From: Candidatus Caldarchaeum sp.
GTDB lineage: Archaea; Thermoproteota; Nitrososphaeria_A; Caldarchaeales; Caldarchaeaceae
Direction of reading: 5' to 3'
NCBI GenBank assembly: GCA_038844785.1
Contig: JAWBRA010000013.1
Span: forward strand, 1-49,218
DNA length: 49,218 nucleotides
Shown here: positions 27,882 to 37,101 of the stretch, piece by piece
Numbering within the stretch: the first letter of the stretch is position 1
Layout: every line of letters starts with the position of its first letter
Translations under genes and position numbers: made by a program
Notes under the pieces: model-generated
The model's database searches: none
What the model was told of the DNA's origin: nothing
Seen by the model: only the letters and a program-made list of their open reading frames with translations

Positions 27882-28398
27882 AGCGGGCCTCAGCCACCAG
27901 ATACCGGGCCACAGCCTTTGCAACCGGGTAGCCCACAGCCACGACGGCGATCAGAGAACCGCTTAGTATACCAAGCCATGAGAAGACAATCCCCGGAACA
28001 ACAAAACCCAGCACAGGCGTGGGCGGAACCCTGATCAACACGTAAAGGTAGGAGCCGACGATGAATGTGACGACCAGAGCTTGTAGGACGCTTATGACCA
28101 GCCATGAGCCTTTGAAGACAAAGTTTCGCGCCATCTTCCAAGCCATGTAGGTTGCGACAAGGTTTGTAAGCGTTCCTCCGAGAAGGTCAACCGGGCCGAA
28201 GGGGCTGAACATGTTGGCTACGAACGTTCCCACGGTCACGCCGAAAACAGCGGGCAGCCCGAAAACCATAGCCATCGGAAGAAGGGCGTCAGATATCCTG
28301 ACCTGTATTATTTCGAAGCTGATGCCCGGTAACGCTATGACGCCAGCAGCGTAAAGGCCGGCGAAAACAACCGCGGCCGACAAATCCCTCGCTCTCAT
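27874..28398 (-). CDS. queT: QueT-family transporter (ECF S-component)
   Basis: ISFEIIQVRISDALL, GVTVGTFVANMFSPFGPVDLLGG; ATG at 28398. Confidence 0.85.
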   Translation of the reverse strand: MRARDLSAAVVFAGLYAAGVIALPGISFEIIQVRISDALLPMAMVFGLPAVFGVTVGTFVANMFSPFGPVDLLGGTLTNLVATYMAWKMARNFVFKGSWLVISVLQALVVTFIVGSYLYVLIRVPPTPVLGFVVPGIVFSWLGILSGSLIAVVAVGYPVAKAVARYLVAEARYV

Positions 28399-28521
28399 GA
28401 CGTCTAAAAACCATGGCGTTGGAATTAAAGATATTCTTAAAAACCTGCGTGGTAATGTCGGAGAATTGTTGCGGAATCGGCGGAGTGTCTGGAACATTAA
28501 AGTCTGTTTTTCTTCCGAGGG

Positions 28522-29313
28522 CTAGCCTAGCTCTTCGTAAGCTGAGGGTACACGGCTTGCCAGCCTGGCTGAACGCATCTTAGCCGGTGTTTCAGGCTCT
28601 ATTTCAGCGGTGATGAGCTGCTCCCCGTCCCCTGCTTCGGCCAAGGTCTCCACAACACCGACACCCACGGCTGTTTCTCTCACCGTTATTATGGCTGACC
28701 GGCCGCCGTATCTGCGGGGGAGGGCTATGTTAACCCCTACAACGGGCAGCCTGTTCTCCAAGCATCTTGCTTCTAGGTATGTTCTCCACGGCCCACACCC
28801 CTCCGCAACTATCCTGGATGGGTTGAAGACTATTTCAGCACCTTTAAGGGCTAGGCTTCTCGCAGCCTCGGGAAAGACTATGTCATGGCAGACCAGTATC
28901 CCAGCCTTAACGCCGTTGATTTCGAAGACGTGAAACCTCTCACCGCGTTTGAAGACCGTTCTCTCATGCCTGAAAAGATGCACCTTCTCCTGAACCCCGA
29001 CAACTTCGCCGTTGGACGATATGACGGGAGCCACCACCCTAGGCCCTTCCAACCCAGCTGCATAAAGCCCTCCGGCTAGAACCCATACTTTATTGTCGGC
29101 TGCAGCTTTTGAGAGCTTTTCTACGATGGTCTTGTATTTTGAAAGTATTTCAGACAGCTCCGACAGCGGGGTGGTGTGAAACCAGGCCTCCGGCAGGCAT
29201 GCAACTGATGCCTTCATGTCTCGGGCTAGGCCGATGAATTCAACGGCTTTCTCAAGGCTTTTTTCAACGTTTGATGGTGTGAGCTGGACAGCGGCCACCC
29301 TAACCTTCCTCAT
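28522..29313 (-). CDS. Carbon-nitrogen hydrolase (nitrilase superfamily)
   Basis: VAAVQL, CLPE (Glu), EKVHLF (Lys), ILVCHDIVFPE (Cys), ARCLEN; ATG at 29313. Confidence 0.92.
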   Translation of the reverse strand: MRKVRVAAVQLTPSNVEKSLEKAVEFIGLARDMKASVACLPEAWFHTTPLSELSEILSKYKTIVEKLSKAAADNKVWVLAGGLYAAGLEGPRVVAPVISSNGEVVGVQEKVHLFRHERTVFKRGERFHVFEINGVKAGILVCHDIVFPEAARSLALKGAEIVFNPSRIVAEGCGPWRTYLEARCLENRLPVVGVNIALPRRYGGRSAIITVRETAVGVGVVETLAEAGDGEQLITAEIEPETPAKMRSARLASRVPSAYEELG

Positions 29314-29317
29314 CCTC

Positions 29318-30547
29318 TCACCTTCCCGAAAGCATGGAGGCCGCTTTGTCCAGCAGCATGGCAGCGACCTCGCTCTTCCTCCTGTTGACAACTTGGACCA
29401 CGCCATCGTTCCGGTCTATTATTATGCCGGAGGTTGTTTCAGAGCCGAACCAAGCCTCAGGCCTACTCACGTCAGACGCATACACAATGTCCGAGTAGGT
29501 GAGCAGCCTTCGCGCCTTATCCAGCAGCTGCTTGTCGTCAACTCTATACTCTGCTTTGAACGCCACTACAACCGTTGAAGGGCTGAGAGATTTTGCAAGC
29601 GGCAGCACCTTGTCGACGGCGCTGAGCTGGATGGAGATTCTCGGCTGGAGGGCTGTGTCAACCTTGTTCTCTATTTTTGCTACGGGCTTGTAGTCGGCGA
29701 CGGCGATGGCGCTGAAGTAGATGTCCGGAGGGGTTGTTTTGAAGATTCTGGTTATCGTTTCTCTGAGGCTTTCAGAATCGTTCACGCTTACCTTCTTTAT
29801 GTAGCTCGGAGGCTCTACTGAGGCGTGGCCTAGAATCAGAGTTGTCTCCGCCCCTCTTCTGTAAGACTCTAAAGCTATCTCCAACCCCATCCTGCCGGAG
29901 CTCTGGTTGGTTACAACCCTTATAGGGTCTAAATACTCCACGGTCGCTCCCGCTGAGACCAGAACTTTCACACCTTCAGGCAGCCTCTTAGGGTGGAGCA
30001 GCCTTAAGACATGCTCAGCTATGTAGGCTGGCTCGGCGAGCTTCGCCTTCTGCTCTACAACAGATGGCTCTAGAACGACTACACCCATACGACGCAATTT
30101 TTCAACATTCCTACGGGTCTGCTCAGCCATCCACATGGGTTCATGCATGGCGGGTGCCACAGCAACAATCTTCCCATACCCCATCGCGGTAAGGGCTAAA
30201 GCCGTCACAACGTTGTCAGCGATTCCGGACGCTATTTTAGCCAACGTGTTTGCTGTGGCAGGCGCTACCAGAACAAGGTCCACCTCCCTTCCGTATCTAA
30301 CGTGCTCCAGCTCCCCCGTCATGTCGGTTACAGCAGGGTTTCCTGTAGCCCATTGCAGAAGCGTAGGCGTCACAAGCCTGCAGGCATCACGTGTGAGGAA
30401 CGCTGTAACCTCAGCCCCATGTCTCATCAACTCTCTCGCTATCGCAGGGCTTAGGTAGGCTGAAACACTGCCCGTGACGCAGAGAGCAACCCTCCTACCC
30501 TTAAGCACATCGCTCAAAGAGCCCACAATCTCCTTAGAGGGATGCAT
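29318..30547 (-). CDS. coaBC: Phosphopantothenoylcysteine decarboxylase/synthetase
   Basis: CVTGSVSAY, APATANTLAK, APAMHEPM, SAGATVEYLDPIRVVTNQSSGRMG, AVADY, FKAE. Confidence 0.96.
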   Translation of the reverse strand: MHPSKEIVGSLSDVLKGRRVALCVTGSVSAYLSPAIARELMRHGAEVTAFLTRDACRLVTPTLLQWATGNPAVTDMTGELEHVRYGREVDLVLVAPATANTLAKIASGIADNVVTALALTAMGYGKIVAVAPAMHEPMWMAEQTRRNVEKLRRMGVVVLEPSVVEQKAKLAEPAYIAEHVLRLLHPKRLPEGVKVLVSAGATVEYLDPIRVVTNQSSGRMGLEIALESYRRGAETTLILGHASVEPPSYIKKVSVNDSESLRETITRIFKTTPPDIYFSAIAVADYKPVAKIENKVDTALQPRISIQLSAVDKVLPLAKSLSPSTVVVAFKAEYRVDDKQLLDKARRLLTYSDIVYASDVSRPEAWFGSETTSGIIIDRNDGVVQVVNRRKSEVAAMLLDKAASMLSGR

Positions 30548-30613
30548 CCAAGCTGTTTGACGTGAACGCCGGTATATCGGTTTTCCGGTCAGCCAAAAAA
30601 CCGGGAATAAACA

Positions 30614-31081
30614 TCATTTCACTATAAACTTCCCCCACATGCCTAAGGTAACATGCCCTGGGACGTTGCAGATATAATAGAAAGCCCCCTCCGTTTCAGC
30701 CTTGAAAACTATCTCAACCGCCTGACCTGGGTTGACAGGTTTCGCGGGGGTTCCTGCCTGCGCTCCGCGGAACATAGGCGTTGCTTCTGGGTCTTCCTTG
30801 ACGTTGCTGACGACGACGAACGTGTGAGGCTGTATGCCTATGTTTTCAAACCTTATCTTGATTACGGACCCGCGTTTGACCATGATCTCAGGCCCAGGTG
30901 ATGTTATGTTTTCCTTAGAGAGGCCGAAGCCATAACGGGTACCAGCCTCGCCCATGTAGATGACGTATTCGACGTCAGGTTTAACAGTCTGGGCAGGGCC
31001 TTGACCTGTCAAAACAAACATGAAGACGCCGACGGCTATCGCTGCTACAATCCCTGCAACAGCGAGAGCCAACGCTCTCAT
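30614..31081 (-). CDS. Membrane-anchored type-1 blue copper protein
   Basis: N-terminal TM; PHTF...YYICNVPGHVTLGMWG (His, Cys, His, Met). Confidence 0.9.
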   Translation of the reverse strand: MRALALAVAGIVAAIAVGVFMFVLTGQGPAQTVKPDVEYVIYMGEAGTRYGFGLSKENITSPGPEIMVKRGSVIKIRFENIGIQPHTFVVVSNVKEDPEATPMFRGAQAGTPAKPVNPGQAVEIVFKAETEGAFYYICNVPGHVTLGMWGKFIVK

Positions 31082-32556
31082 AGCTGTCTACGCCTCATCA
31101 AACCAGCTAAAAACAGTAGCTGGCCAACGGCAAGTATTACGCCGAAGACAAACAAAGCTATAGAGGGTTGAATAGTCTCTGATGGAATTGGGTAAAACCT
31201 TCTAGGGATGCCGGCAGCACCCATGTAGGACATCGTGTAGAGGAACCCAAACCCTGCCATAGCTGTTAAGATGATGTGGGCGTAAGCGAGCTTTTCTCCC
31301 ACAGTCCTACCCAGTATTAGCTGTACGCTGTGGTACATAGCTCCTATCCAGACAAGGGTGACTGACAGCAGGATTGTCATCAAATGGGCTGTGGCGTAGT
31401 ATGTTCCATGGAGCTGGAAAGCCCAGCCTATGGTGCCGAGCTGCATAGCAACAAAGCCGTCCGTGATATACAGCATAAACCCTAGCAAGGCGGCTAGAAC
31501 GGCTGGTGTAAGCCTAATTCCAGACCTGTAGGCTGTTGCGGAGACGTTGAAGACGGAGAATGCGGCGCCAAACCCTGTGAGCCAGCTGGCAGCCTGCCCC
31601 GTGTAGCTGAGACCCACCGGCTGTGAGGTTGGCATCGTGAACAGGTGATGGGGGAAAGCTATCACAGCGGCGGCGGTGTAGAAGACTATGGCGAATATTC
31701 CAAGCTTCTCGCTGTAAAGCCTCGGCTCAGCTCCAGCAGGTCTTGAGTAGTCCGCTGTGTAGCGTGGTATAAGCCAGTATACAGTGCCCAACGCCATTAT
31801 CCCCATGGCCTCCATCAGGTTGTGGGCGAAGACCCAGAAAGGATAGTTGAAGTTGAGAGGGTTTAGAAACCATGCGACAGACTCCAGCGATAAAACCCCT
31901 ACCAGAGCTAGGCCTATGAATAAAGCTCCCAACAATATCGCTGAGCCAAGCGGGGGTATTATGAAAATGTAAGGCAGCATGCCCGCCATCCCCGCCGGAT
32001 TAAGCGTGCCTACGAAACGCTCCAGCACTAAAGCTTCTTTCGTCTTCCCGAAGAACATCAACCACGCCAGCATCATAGGATACAGGATGATCACGTCGAT
32101 AAGCGTGAGAACAATCCCCCAAACCATGACAGCCACCATGTCCAAACTCCATAGACCTTTGAGGGCGCCGACCGCGGGTAACGGGAACATCAGAGTGTAG
32201 CTTATCCTGACGCCAGAGATAGCTGCGATAAACATCATCAACACTCCAAGGTTAGAGAGTATGTATGAGGCTGTTGTTAAAAATCCTTTTACAGGTTTTC
32301 CATAGCAGATACCGGCTCTAAGAAGGGAGAGGCTTTTCATCAGCTGGAAGAGGCCGCCGAAAACCATCAGCATACCGTGAGCAGTCATGGCTTCGTAGTA
32401 AGCAGGTATAGAAAGCGTTCTGGTGGCATGGGATAGAACCATTAGAAGCGCTGCGAAGCCTCCTGTGAAAAACCAAGCCAACGAAGAGTAGAACATCAGA
32501 CGCGGCATGTTCACTATGTCCTTCAAGGTGTATTCCAAAGCCTCCGCCCTAGCCAT
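31078..32556 (-). CDS. Heme-copper superfamily subunit I, NO-reductase-like (nNOR-type signature)
   Basis: TAHG, WVFAHNLME (Glu in place of the cross-linked Tyr), FPHHLF, TAHLM (Met in place of the second His), GIPRR. Confidence 0.8.
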   Translation of the reverse strand: MARAEALEYTLKDIVNMPRLMFYSSLAWFFTGGFAALLMVLSHATRTLSIPAYYEAMTAHGMLMVFGGLFQLMKSLSLLRAGICYGKPVKGFLTTASYILSNLGVLMMFIAAISGVRISYTLMFPLPAVGALKGLWSLDMVAVMVWGIVLTLIDVIILYPMMLAWLMFFGKTKEALVLERFVGTLNPAGMAGMLPYIFIIPPLGSAILLGALFIGLALVGVLSLESVAWFLNPLNFNYPFWVFAHNLMEAMGIMALGTVYWLIPRYTADYSRPAGAEPRLYSEKLGIFAIVFYTAAAVIAFPHHLFTMPTSQPVGLSYTGQAASWLTGFGAAFSVFNVSATAYRSGIRLTPAVLAALLGFMLYITDGFVAMQLGTIGWAFQLHGTYYATAHLMTILLSVTLVWIGAMYHSVQLILGRTVGEKLAYAHIILTAMAGFGFLYTMSYMGAAGIPRRFYPIPSETIQPSIALFVFGVILAVGQLLFLAGLMRRRQL

Positions 32557-32559
32557 TGG

Positions 32560-33099
32560 CTACCACCCGACCGAGAACTCTCCCAGCATGAACGGATGAC
32601 CGTCTCCACAGTATTCTAGACAGCGGATTAGATATTTCCCCGCAGGCAACCTGAGAACAAGCTCCTCCTTCATGCCCGGCATAAGCATGACTGTTGCCAA
32701 CAGCCTGTTGTCCGAGCTGTATACGGCGACCGAGTGTATTGTGTCAATGCTTGATGCAACAAGCTTGACAGGAACGTCGGCCGCAAGCTGTTTGGGCGAT
32801 ATGCGATAGCCCCACATAAAAGCCTCGACAGTAAGTGTTTGAAAACGGTCACCGGTTTCCACCACTCCTCCAAGCCCTTCAGGCACAGAACCTATGCTGG
32901 AGAGGTTTATAACGGTCCAGACAGCCGCGACCAAGAGGACCCACGCAAGCTCCCAAAGCCACATACCCCCGGCAGGACCACGGGCTTCACGGCGGCCACG
33001 CCTCAGGCTCAGAAAAACCACCAGCAGAAACGCCACGATAAACGGTGTGGTGAGGTAGATGAATGTTATGAGGGCTCCCGGGGCAGTCCATAAAGACAT
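32560..33099 (-). CDS. CuA-containing subunit II of the above enzyme
   Basis: 2 TM, AFMWGY, SIDTIHS, CLEYCGDGHPFM; ATG 33099 follows an AT-rich promoter. Confidence 0.88.
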   Translation of the reverse strand: MSLWTAPGALITFIYLTTPFIVAFLLVVFLSLRRGRREARGPAGGMWLWELAWVLLVAAVWTVINLSSIGSVPEGLGGVVETGDRFQTLTVEAFMWGYRISPKQLAADVPVKLVASSIDTIHSVAVYSSDNRLLATVMLMPGMKEELVLRLPAGKYLIRCLEYCGDGHPFMLGEFSVGW

Positions 33100-33174
33100 A
33101 TACGACAAATATTTTAACCATATAATAAACTTATATCGTGAATATATATAAAAGTCCGAAAGCTTACCCTCCAT

Positions 33175-33609
33175 CTAGCTCCAGTACTCAGGTTTCTCCG
33201 ACTTTCTCCTAACCTCCGGCGAGTCGGTAGAAAGCCGCCAGTCGCCTGAAGCCATCCTCTCTATCACTATTCCAAGCTCCTCGCCCAGTTTGTCGTTTAT
33301 TAGGACTTCTTCCTCTATGTCGGATATCAAAGCGTCGCAGACGGTCTTGTTTCTAGCCTCTCCGCCCACCAGTATCGATACGTCTAGCCCGTTCTTAACC
33401 AAGTACATGCGTGAAGGGCCTCCAGCCGTGCCCAGCACGACGACCTCAGCTTCTCTGGGAGGAGGCCATAGCTGGAGCTTTTCAGCCAGCCTTCTAGGTA
33501 AGACCAGCTGAGGCCTTTCGGTTTCGAAGCCTGTGTTGACAAGCGCCGACGACTCCGCAACATTGTTAAGACCGCGGGCTTCTATCCTTATCCTTACCCT
33601 CACCGCCAC
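33175..33609 (-). CDS. Retropepsin-like (clan AA fold) archaeal protein
   Basis: ALVNTGFE (NTG in place of DTG), GTAGG, EEVLI...LGI. Confidence 0.65.
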   Translation of the reverse strand: MAVRVRIRIEARGLNNVAESSALVNTGFETERPQLVLPRRLAEKLQLWPPPREAEVVVLGTAGGPSRMYLVKNGLDVSILVGGEARNKTVCDALISDIEEEVLINDKLGEELGIVIERMASGDWRLSTDSPEVRRKSEKPEYWS

Positions 33610-33832
33610 CGTTCTTCACCAGCGTGAATATATGGCCTATCCTCCTCCGTCTGCTGAAAATATGTCCAACCCGGCCTTTCAGAAGAAGCATCCCACATGT
33701 ATGTTTCCACCCCTCTTTAAAGGTGTTTCCACTGCTTTTCCCAGAGCCAGCTGGCATACGTCTCTAAACTGCAGCAGCAGAGCCAAAGCTTTCTGAAAAA
33801 GGTGCAGGCGCTGTCTGCTGGTGTTACGTCGT

Positions 33833-34552
33833 TTAGAGCTTGAACCCCCATACCGGCAGTATTTCCGGAAGCTTTCTCTCAAACTCTTCCCTTGTGCCCG
33901 AGAACCTGTTCTGGCCGAGCTCAATCATGTAAACATAGTCGGCTATTGACAAGGCCTTGGCCACGTTCTGTTCAACCAGGAGTATAGTCTTTCCCTCGTC
34001 CGTCAGCGACTTTATGGTTTTGAAGATTTGTTCGAGAAACTTGGGCGAAAGCCCTGAGGATGGCTCGTCCATCAGGATGAGGCTTGGGTTTGTCAGGAGC
34101 GCTTTCGCTATCTGCAGAAGCTTTTGCTGGCCTCCGCTGAGGTTTCCGGCTTTTTCATTTTTTTTCTGCTCTAAACCCGGGAAACGGGAATAGGTTTCCC
34201 CAATCCTTTCCCTAACAAGGTTTTTGTCTCCCTTGAAAAGCCACAGCCCCGCCCTCAGGTTTTCATCTACGGTCAAGTGTGGAAAAACTCCACTGTTTTG
34301 AGATACATAAGCTACACCCCTGCGCATCATGTCGTGAGGTTTCAGCCCTGTCACATCAACTCCTTCATGGATTATCTGGCCGTGGAACGGTTTAAGATAG
34401 CCGAAAATCGTTTTGAGAAGGGTTGACTTGCCCGACCCGTTGGGCCCAACAACGCATGTGACCGAACTCTTGTAGACCGTCATCGAGACTTTTCTCAGAA
34501 CGTTAACATCCCTGAAGTAGCCGGAGTAGAGGTCTTTGACCGCCAGCGCCAC
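33833..34552 (-). CDS. livF: Branched-chain amino acid-type ABC transporter ATPase
   Basis: GPNGSGKST, AGNLSGGQQK, MDEPSSGLSP, LLVEQN. Confidence 0.93.
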   Translation of the reverse strand: MALAVKDLYSGYFRDVNVLRKVSMTVYKSSVTCVVGPNGSGKSTLLKTIFGYLKPFHGQIIHEGVDVTGLKPHDMMRRGVAYVSQNSGVFPHLTVDENLRAGLWLFKGDKNLVRERIGETYSRFPGLEQKKNEKAGNLSGGQQKLLQIAKALLTNPSLILMDEPSSGLSPKFLEQIFKTIKSLTDEGKTILLVEQNVAKALSIADYVYMIELGQNRFSGTREEFERKLPEILPVWGFKL

Positions 34553-34553
34553 A

Positions 34554-35258
34554 TCAGACGCCCAGGTAATGCCTTATCACCTCCCTGTCAGCCTGTATCT
34601 CCTCCGGCTTGCCTTCGGCTATCTTCCTACCATCGCTCATGACTATCAGCCTGTCGCTGATCCATGATATCGTGTGTATGTCATGGCTCACTATCAAGAA
34701 AGTTTTTCCCTCCTTCTTCATGTTCATGATAAGCTCGACAAGCCTTGACACTATGGATGGGTGGACGCCTGCGAAAGGCTCGTCCAAAAGCAGAATCTCA
34801 GGCTCGAGCATCAACGCCCTGGCGAACTCGAGAAGCTTTTGCTGGCCGCCTGACAGGGTTCCAGCCTTTTCATAAAGCTTGTCGGAAAGGTTTACGAGAC
34901 GCAGCAGCTCGCCGGCCTTCTTGTAAAGGCCCTGACGGCTGGAGGCGTTCTGGCTTATTGGCGCAAGCATGTTTTCTATGACGCTGAGGTCTTTGAAGAC
35001 CTTGGTTATCTGGAACGTTCTTCCAACCCCCATCATGGCTATCTGGTGGGGTTTTAACAGGTGGATGGGTTTGTTGTTGAGCAGAATGCTGCCTGTGTCT
35101 GGTTTGGTTACTCCGTTTATCAGGTTGAGGAGTGTTGTCTTCCCAGACCCGTTGGGCCCGATTATCCCCAGAACCTCTGCTCTCCCAGCCTCAAGGCTTA
35201 ATCTGTCCACAGCTGTGATGCCGCCAAACCTTTTTGAAACGAGCTCAACATGGAGCAA
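34554..35258 (-). CDS. livG: Branched-chain amino acid-type ABC transporter ATPase
   Basis: KRFGGITAVD, GPNGSGKTT, GRTFQI, LLDEPFAG, VSHD. Confidence 0.93.
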   Translation of the reverse strand: MLHVELVSKRFGGITAVDRLSLEAGRAEVLGIIGPNGSGKTTLLNLINGVTKPDTGSILLNNKPIHLLKPHQIAMMGVGRTFQITKVFKDLSVIENMLAPISQNASSRQGLYKKAGELLRLVNLSDKLYEKAGTLSGGQQKLLEFARALMLEPEILLLDEPFAGVHPSIVSRLVELIMNMKKEGKTFLIVSHDIHTISWISDRLIVMSDGRKIAEGKPEEIQADREVIRHYLGV

Positions 35259-36204
35259 TGGCGTTGCTCATCCCCTCCTCCTGCGTCTTCCGCTTCGGCG
35301 CCAGCAGTTTTAAAAAGGCTCCATAAAGCCCTGACGGCATGAATCTTATTATGAGCATCATGACGATGCCTAGCAGGATTATCCTGTATTCTTCTATGAA
35401 CCTCAGGTATTCAGCGGTAAGGGTCACTACGTAGGCTCCTATCACAGGACCTACAATAGACCCGCCGCCACCTATCCCCCACATAAGCACCAGCCTCAGA
35501 AGATGGTCTAGGAAGAAGACGCTTGCTCCAATGCTTGTCATGTATGTTGTGAAAAACCCTCCCGCAAGGCCGGCGAACATAGAGCCTACGACGTTGGCAA
35601 CCAGTTTGTGCTTCACCGTGTCGATGCCTATTGTCTCTGCAGCTATCTCATCCTCTTTCAATGCCTTCATCCGCAGCCCCAGCCTGGAGCCTCCAAGAAG
35701 AAACAATACAACCACTGTTACAAGCATGAACGCTAGTGTTATGTAGAAGTTTGTTATCGGGCTTTTAGAGATCGGCGCTATTCCGTGGAGGCCTAACTCG
35801 CCTCCTGTTATTTCGTGGAACTGTCTGGCTAGGGCGTAGGAGAGTACGAGAAGCGCGAAGGTTACGAGGGTTAGCAGCAGGTATCTGAACCTTAGGCACA
35901 GTATCCCGACTACGAAGCCTAGCACAGCGCCAGTCAAGCCGCCGGCGAAGACTGCCGCTGACGGCGGGAGGTTAAACCATAGGATAAGCCAAGCCGTAGC
36001 AAAAGCACCCCATCCAAAAACGGCAGTATGCCCGGCTGTCAACTGCCCCGTGTAACCCACTATAATGTCCAAGCTGGCAGCAAGCACTGCAAAAATATGT
36101 ATGATTATAAAAACTCTGAGGAGGTAGCTGTCGCCGGTCAATAATGGATGTGCTGCGTAAAGGCTTACCAAAGCTGAGGCTAGGATGAGCTGTTTGCTTC
36201 TCAT
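35245..36204 (-). CDS. livM: ABC permease
   Basis: GYTGQLTAGH, TGGELGL, SRLGLRMKALKEDEIAAETIGI. Confidence 0.92.
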   Translation of the reverse strand: MRSKQLILASALVSLYAAHPLLTGDSYLLRVFIIIHIFAVLAASLDIIVGYTGQLTAGHTAVFGWGAFATAWLILWFNLPPSAAVFAGGLTGAVLGFVVGILCLRFRYLLLTLVTFALLVLSYALARQFHEITGGELGLHGIAPISKSPITNFYITLAFMLVTVVVLFLLGGSRLGLRMKALKEDEIAAETIGIDTVKHKLVANVVGSMFAGLAGGFFTTYMTSIGASVFFLDHLLRLVLMWGIGGGGSIVGPVIGAYVVTLTAEYLRFIEEYRIILLGIVMMLIIRFMPSGLYGAFLKLLAPKRKTQEEGMSNAIAPC

Positions 36205-37061
36205 GCTACTCTCTCCTTAACTCCAAATATTCCCTGCGGCCTGAGCAACAGCACAAGGATTATCGCGACGGCGAGGTTGACGAACCTGAACCAGCCTCCG
36301 AAGTATACTGCTCCGAACACGTCCGAGAAAGCAAGTATGAAGGCGGCTGGAACTATGCCCCAAAGGCTTCCTAAGCCGGCTAGTATTGAAACAGCTATTG
36401 CCACCATATTCATCTGGCTCATCAGTATGGGTGAGAGGAAAAGCGTTGAAGCTATGCTGACGCCTGTCGAGACGGACATCACGGATGAAAAAAGCACGCC
36501 CAGCATTATCATAAGCTCTGGATTGATACCTGATGCAGCCGCGGCGTCAATGTTATCTATCGTAGCCCTTATCCCAAGCCCGACCCAAGTCCTGTTCACC
36601 AGCAGCCAGAGCACGGCTATGGCTGAAAGAGTCAGCACTGTGACGCCTATCTTCTGGAAGCTCACTGACAGCACTCCAACCTCTACTGTTCCAGGCAGAA
36701 ACGTGGGGAACGGCAACCCCCAAGGCCCGTATATCACCACCGTCAACCTCTCGAGAACAATCAAAAGGGCAAGCGTCGAGAGTGTGCTTGGGATGTGATG
36801 ATGCCTTATGGGGTGGAGGAAGTATCTGTAGAAAAGTGTGTTGCAAACGCTTAGGGTCGCAACGCTTACTATGACTGACGCTGTGAGGGGAAGCCCTAGG
36901 TATGTAAAAGCTGTGTAGGTCAGGTATCCGCCCAGCATAAGCAATGCGCCGTGGGCAAAGTTGAAGATTCCAGTTGACATGTAAAACAGCGAGAGGCTGA
37001 TGCCTGCTGCTGCGAAAATGGAGCCGAGCAACAGGCTGTCAAGCAGTTGGGTAAGAACCAT
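36201..37061 (-). CDS. livH: ABC permease
   Basis: GIFNFAHG, GLGIRATIDNIDAAAASGIN, LLLRPQGIFG; ATG at 37061. Confidence 0.92.
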   Translation of the reverse strand: MVLTQLLDSLLLGSIFAAAGISLSLFYMSTGIFNFAHGALLMLGGYLTYTAFTYLGLPLTASVIVSVATLSVCNTLFYRYFLHPIRHHHIPSTLSTLALLIVLERLTVVIYGPWGLPFPTFLPGTVEVGVLSVSFQKIGVTVLTLSAIAVLWLLVNRTWVGLGIRATIDNIDAAAASGINPELMIMLGVLFSSVMSVSTGVSIASTLFLSPILMSQMNMVAIAVSILAGLGSLWGIVPAAFILAFSDVFGAVYFGGWFRFVNLAVAIILVLLLRPQGIFGVKERVA

Positions 37062-37101
37062 GGTGTGCTGTTGAAAAATATGTTTGGATGATTTACGTTT
37101 T

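Noticed and set aside
28399-28521. Possible preQ1 riboswitch upstream of queT
   Set aside because: No preQ1 consensus seen; a TATA-like element close to the ATG leaves little leader
31078-32556. Ordinary ba3-type (B-family) oxygen reductase call
   Set aside because: Lacks the HPxVY tyrosine and the second helix-X His
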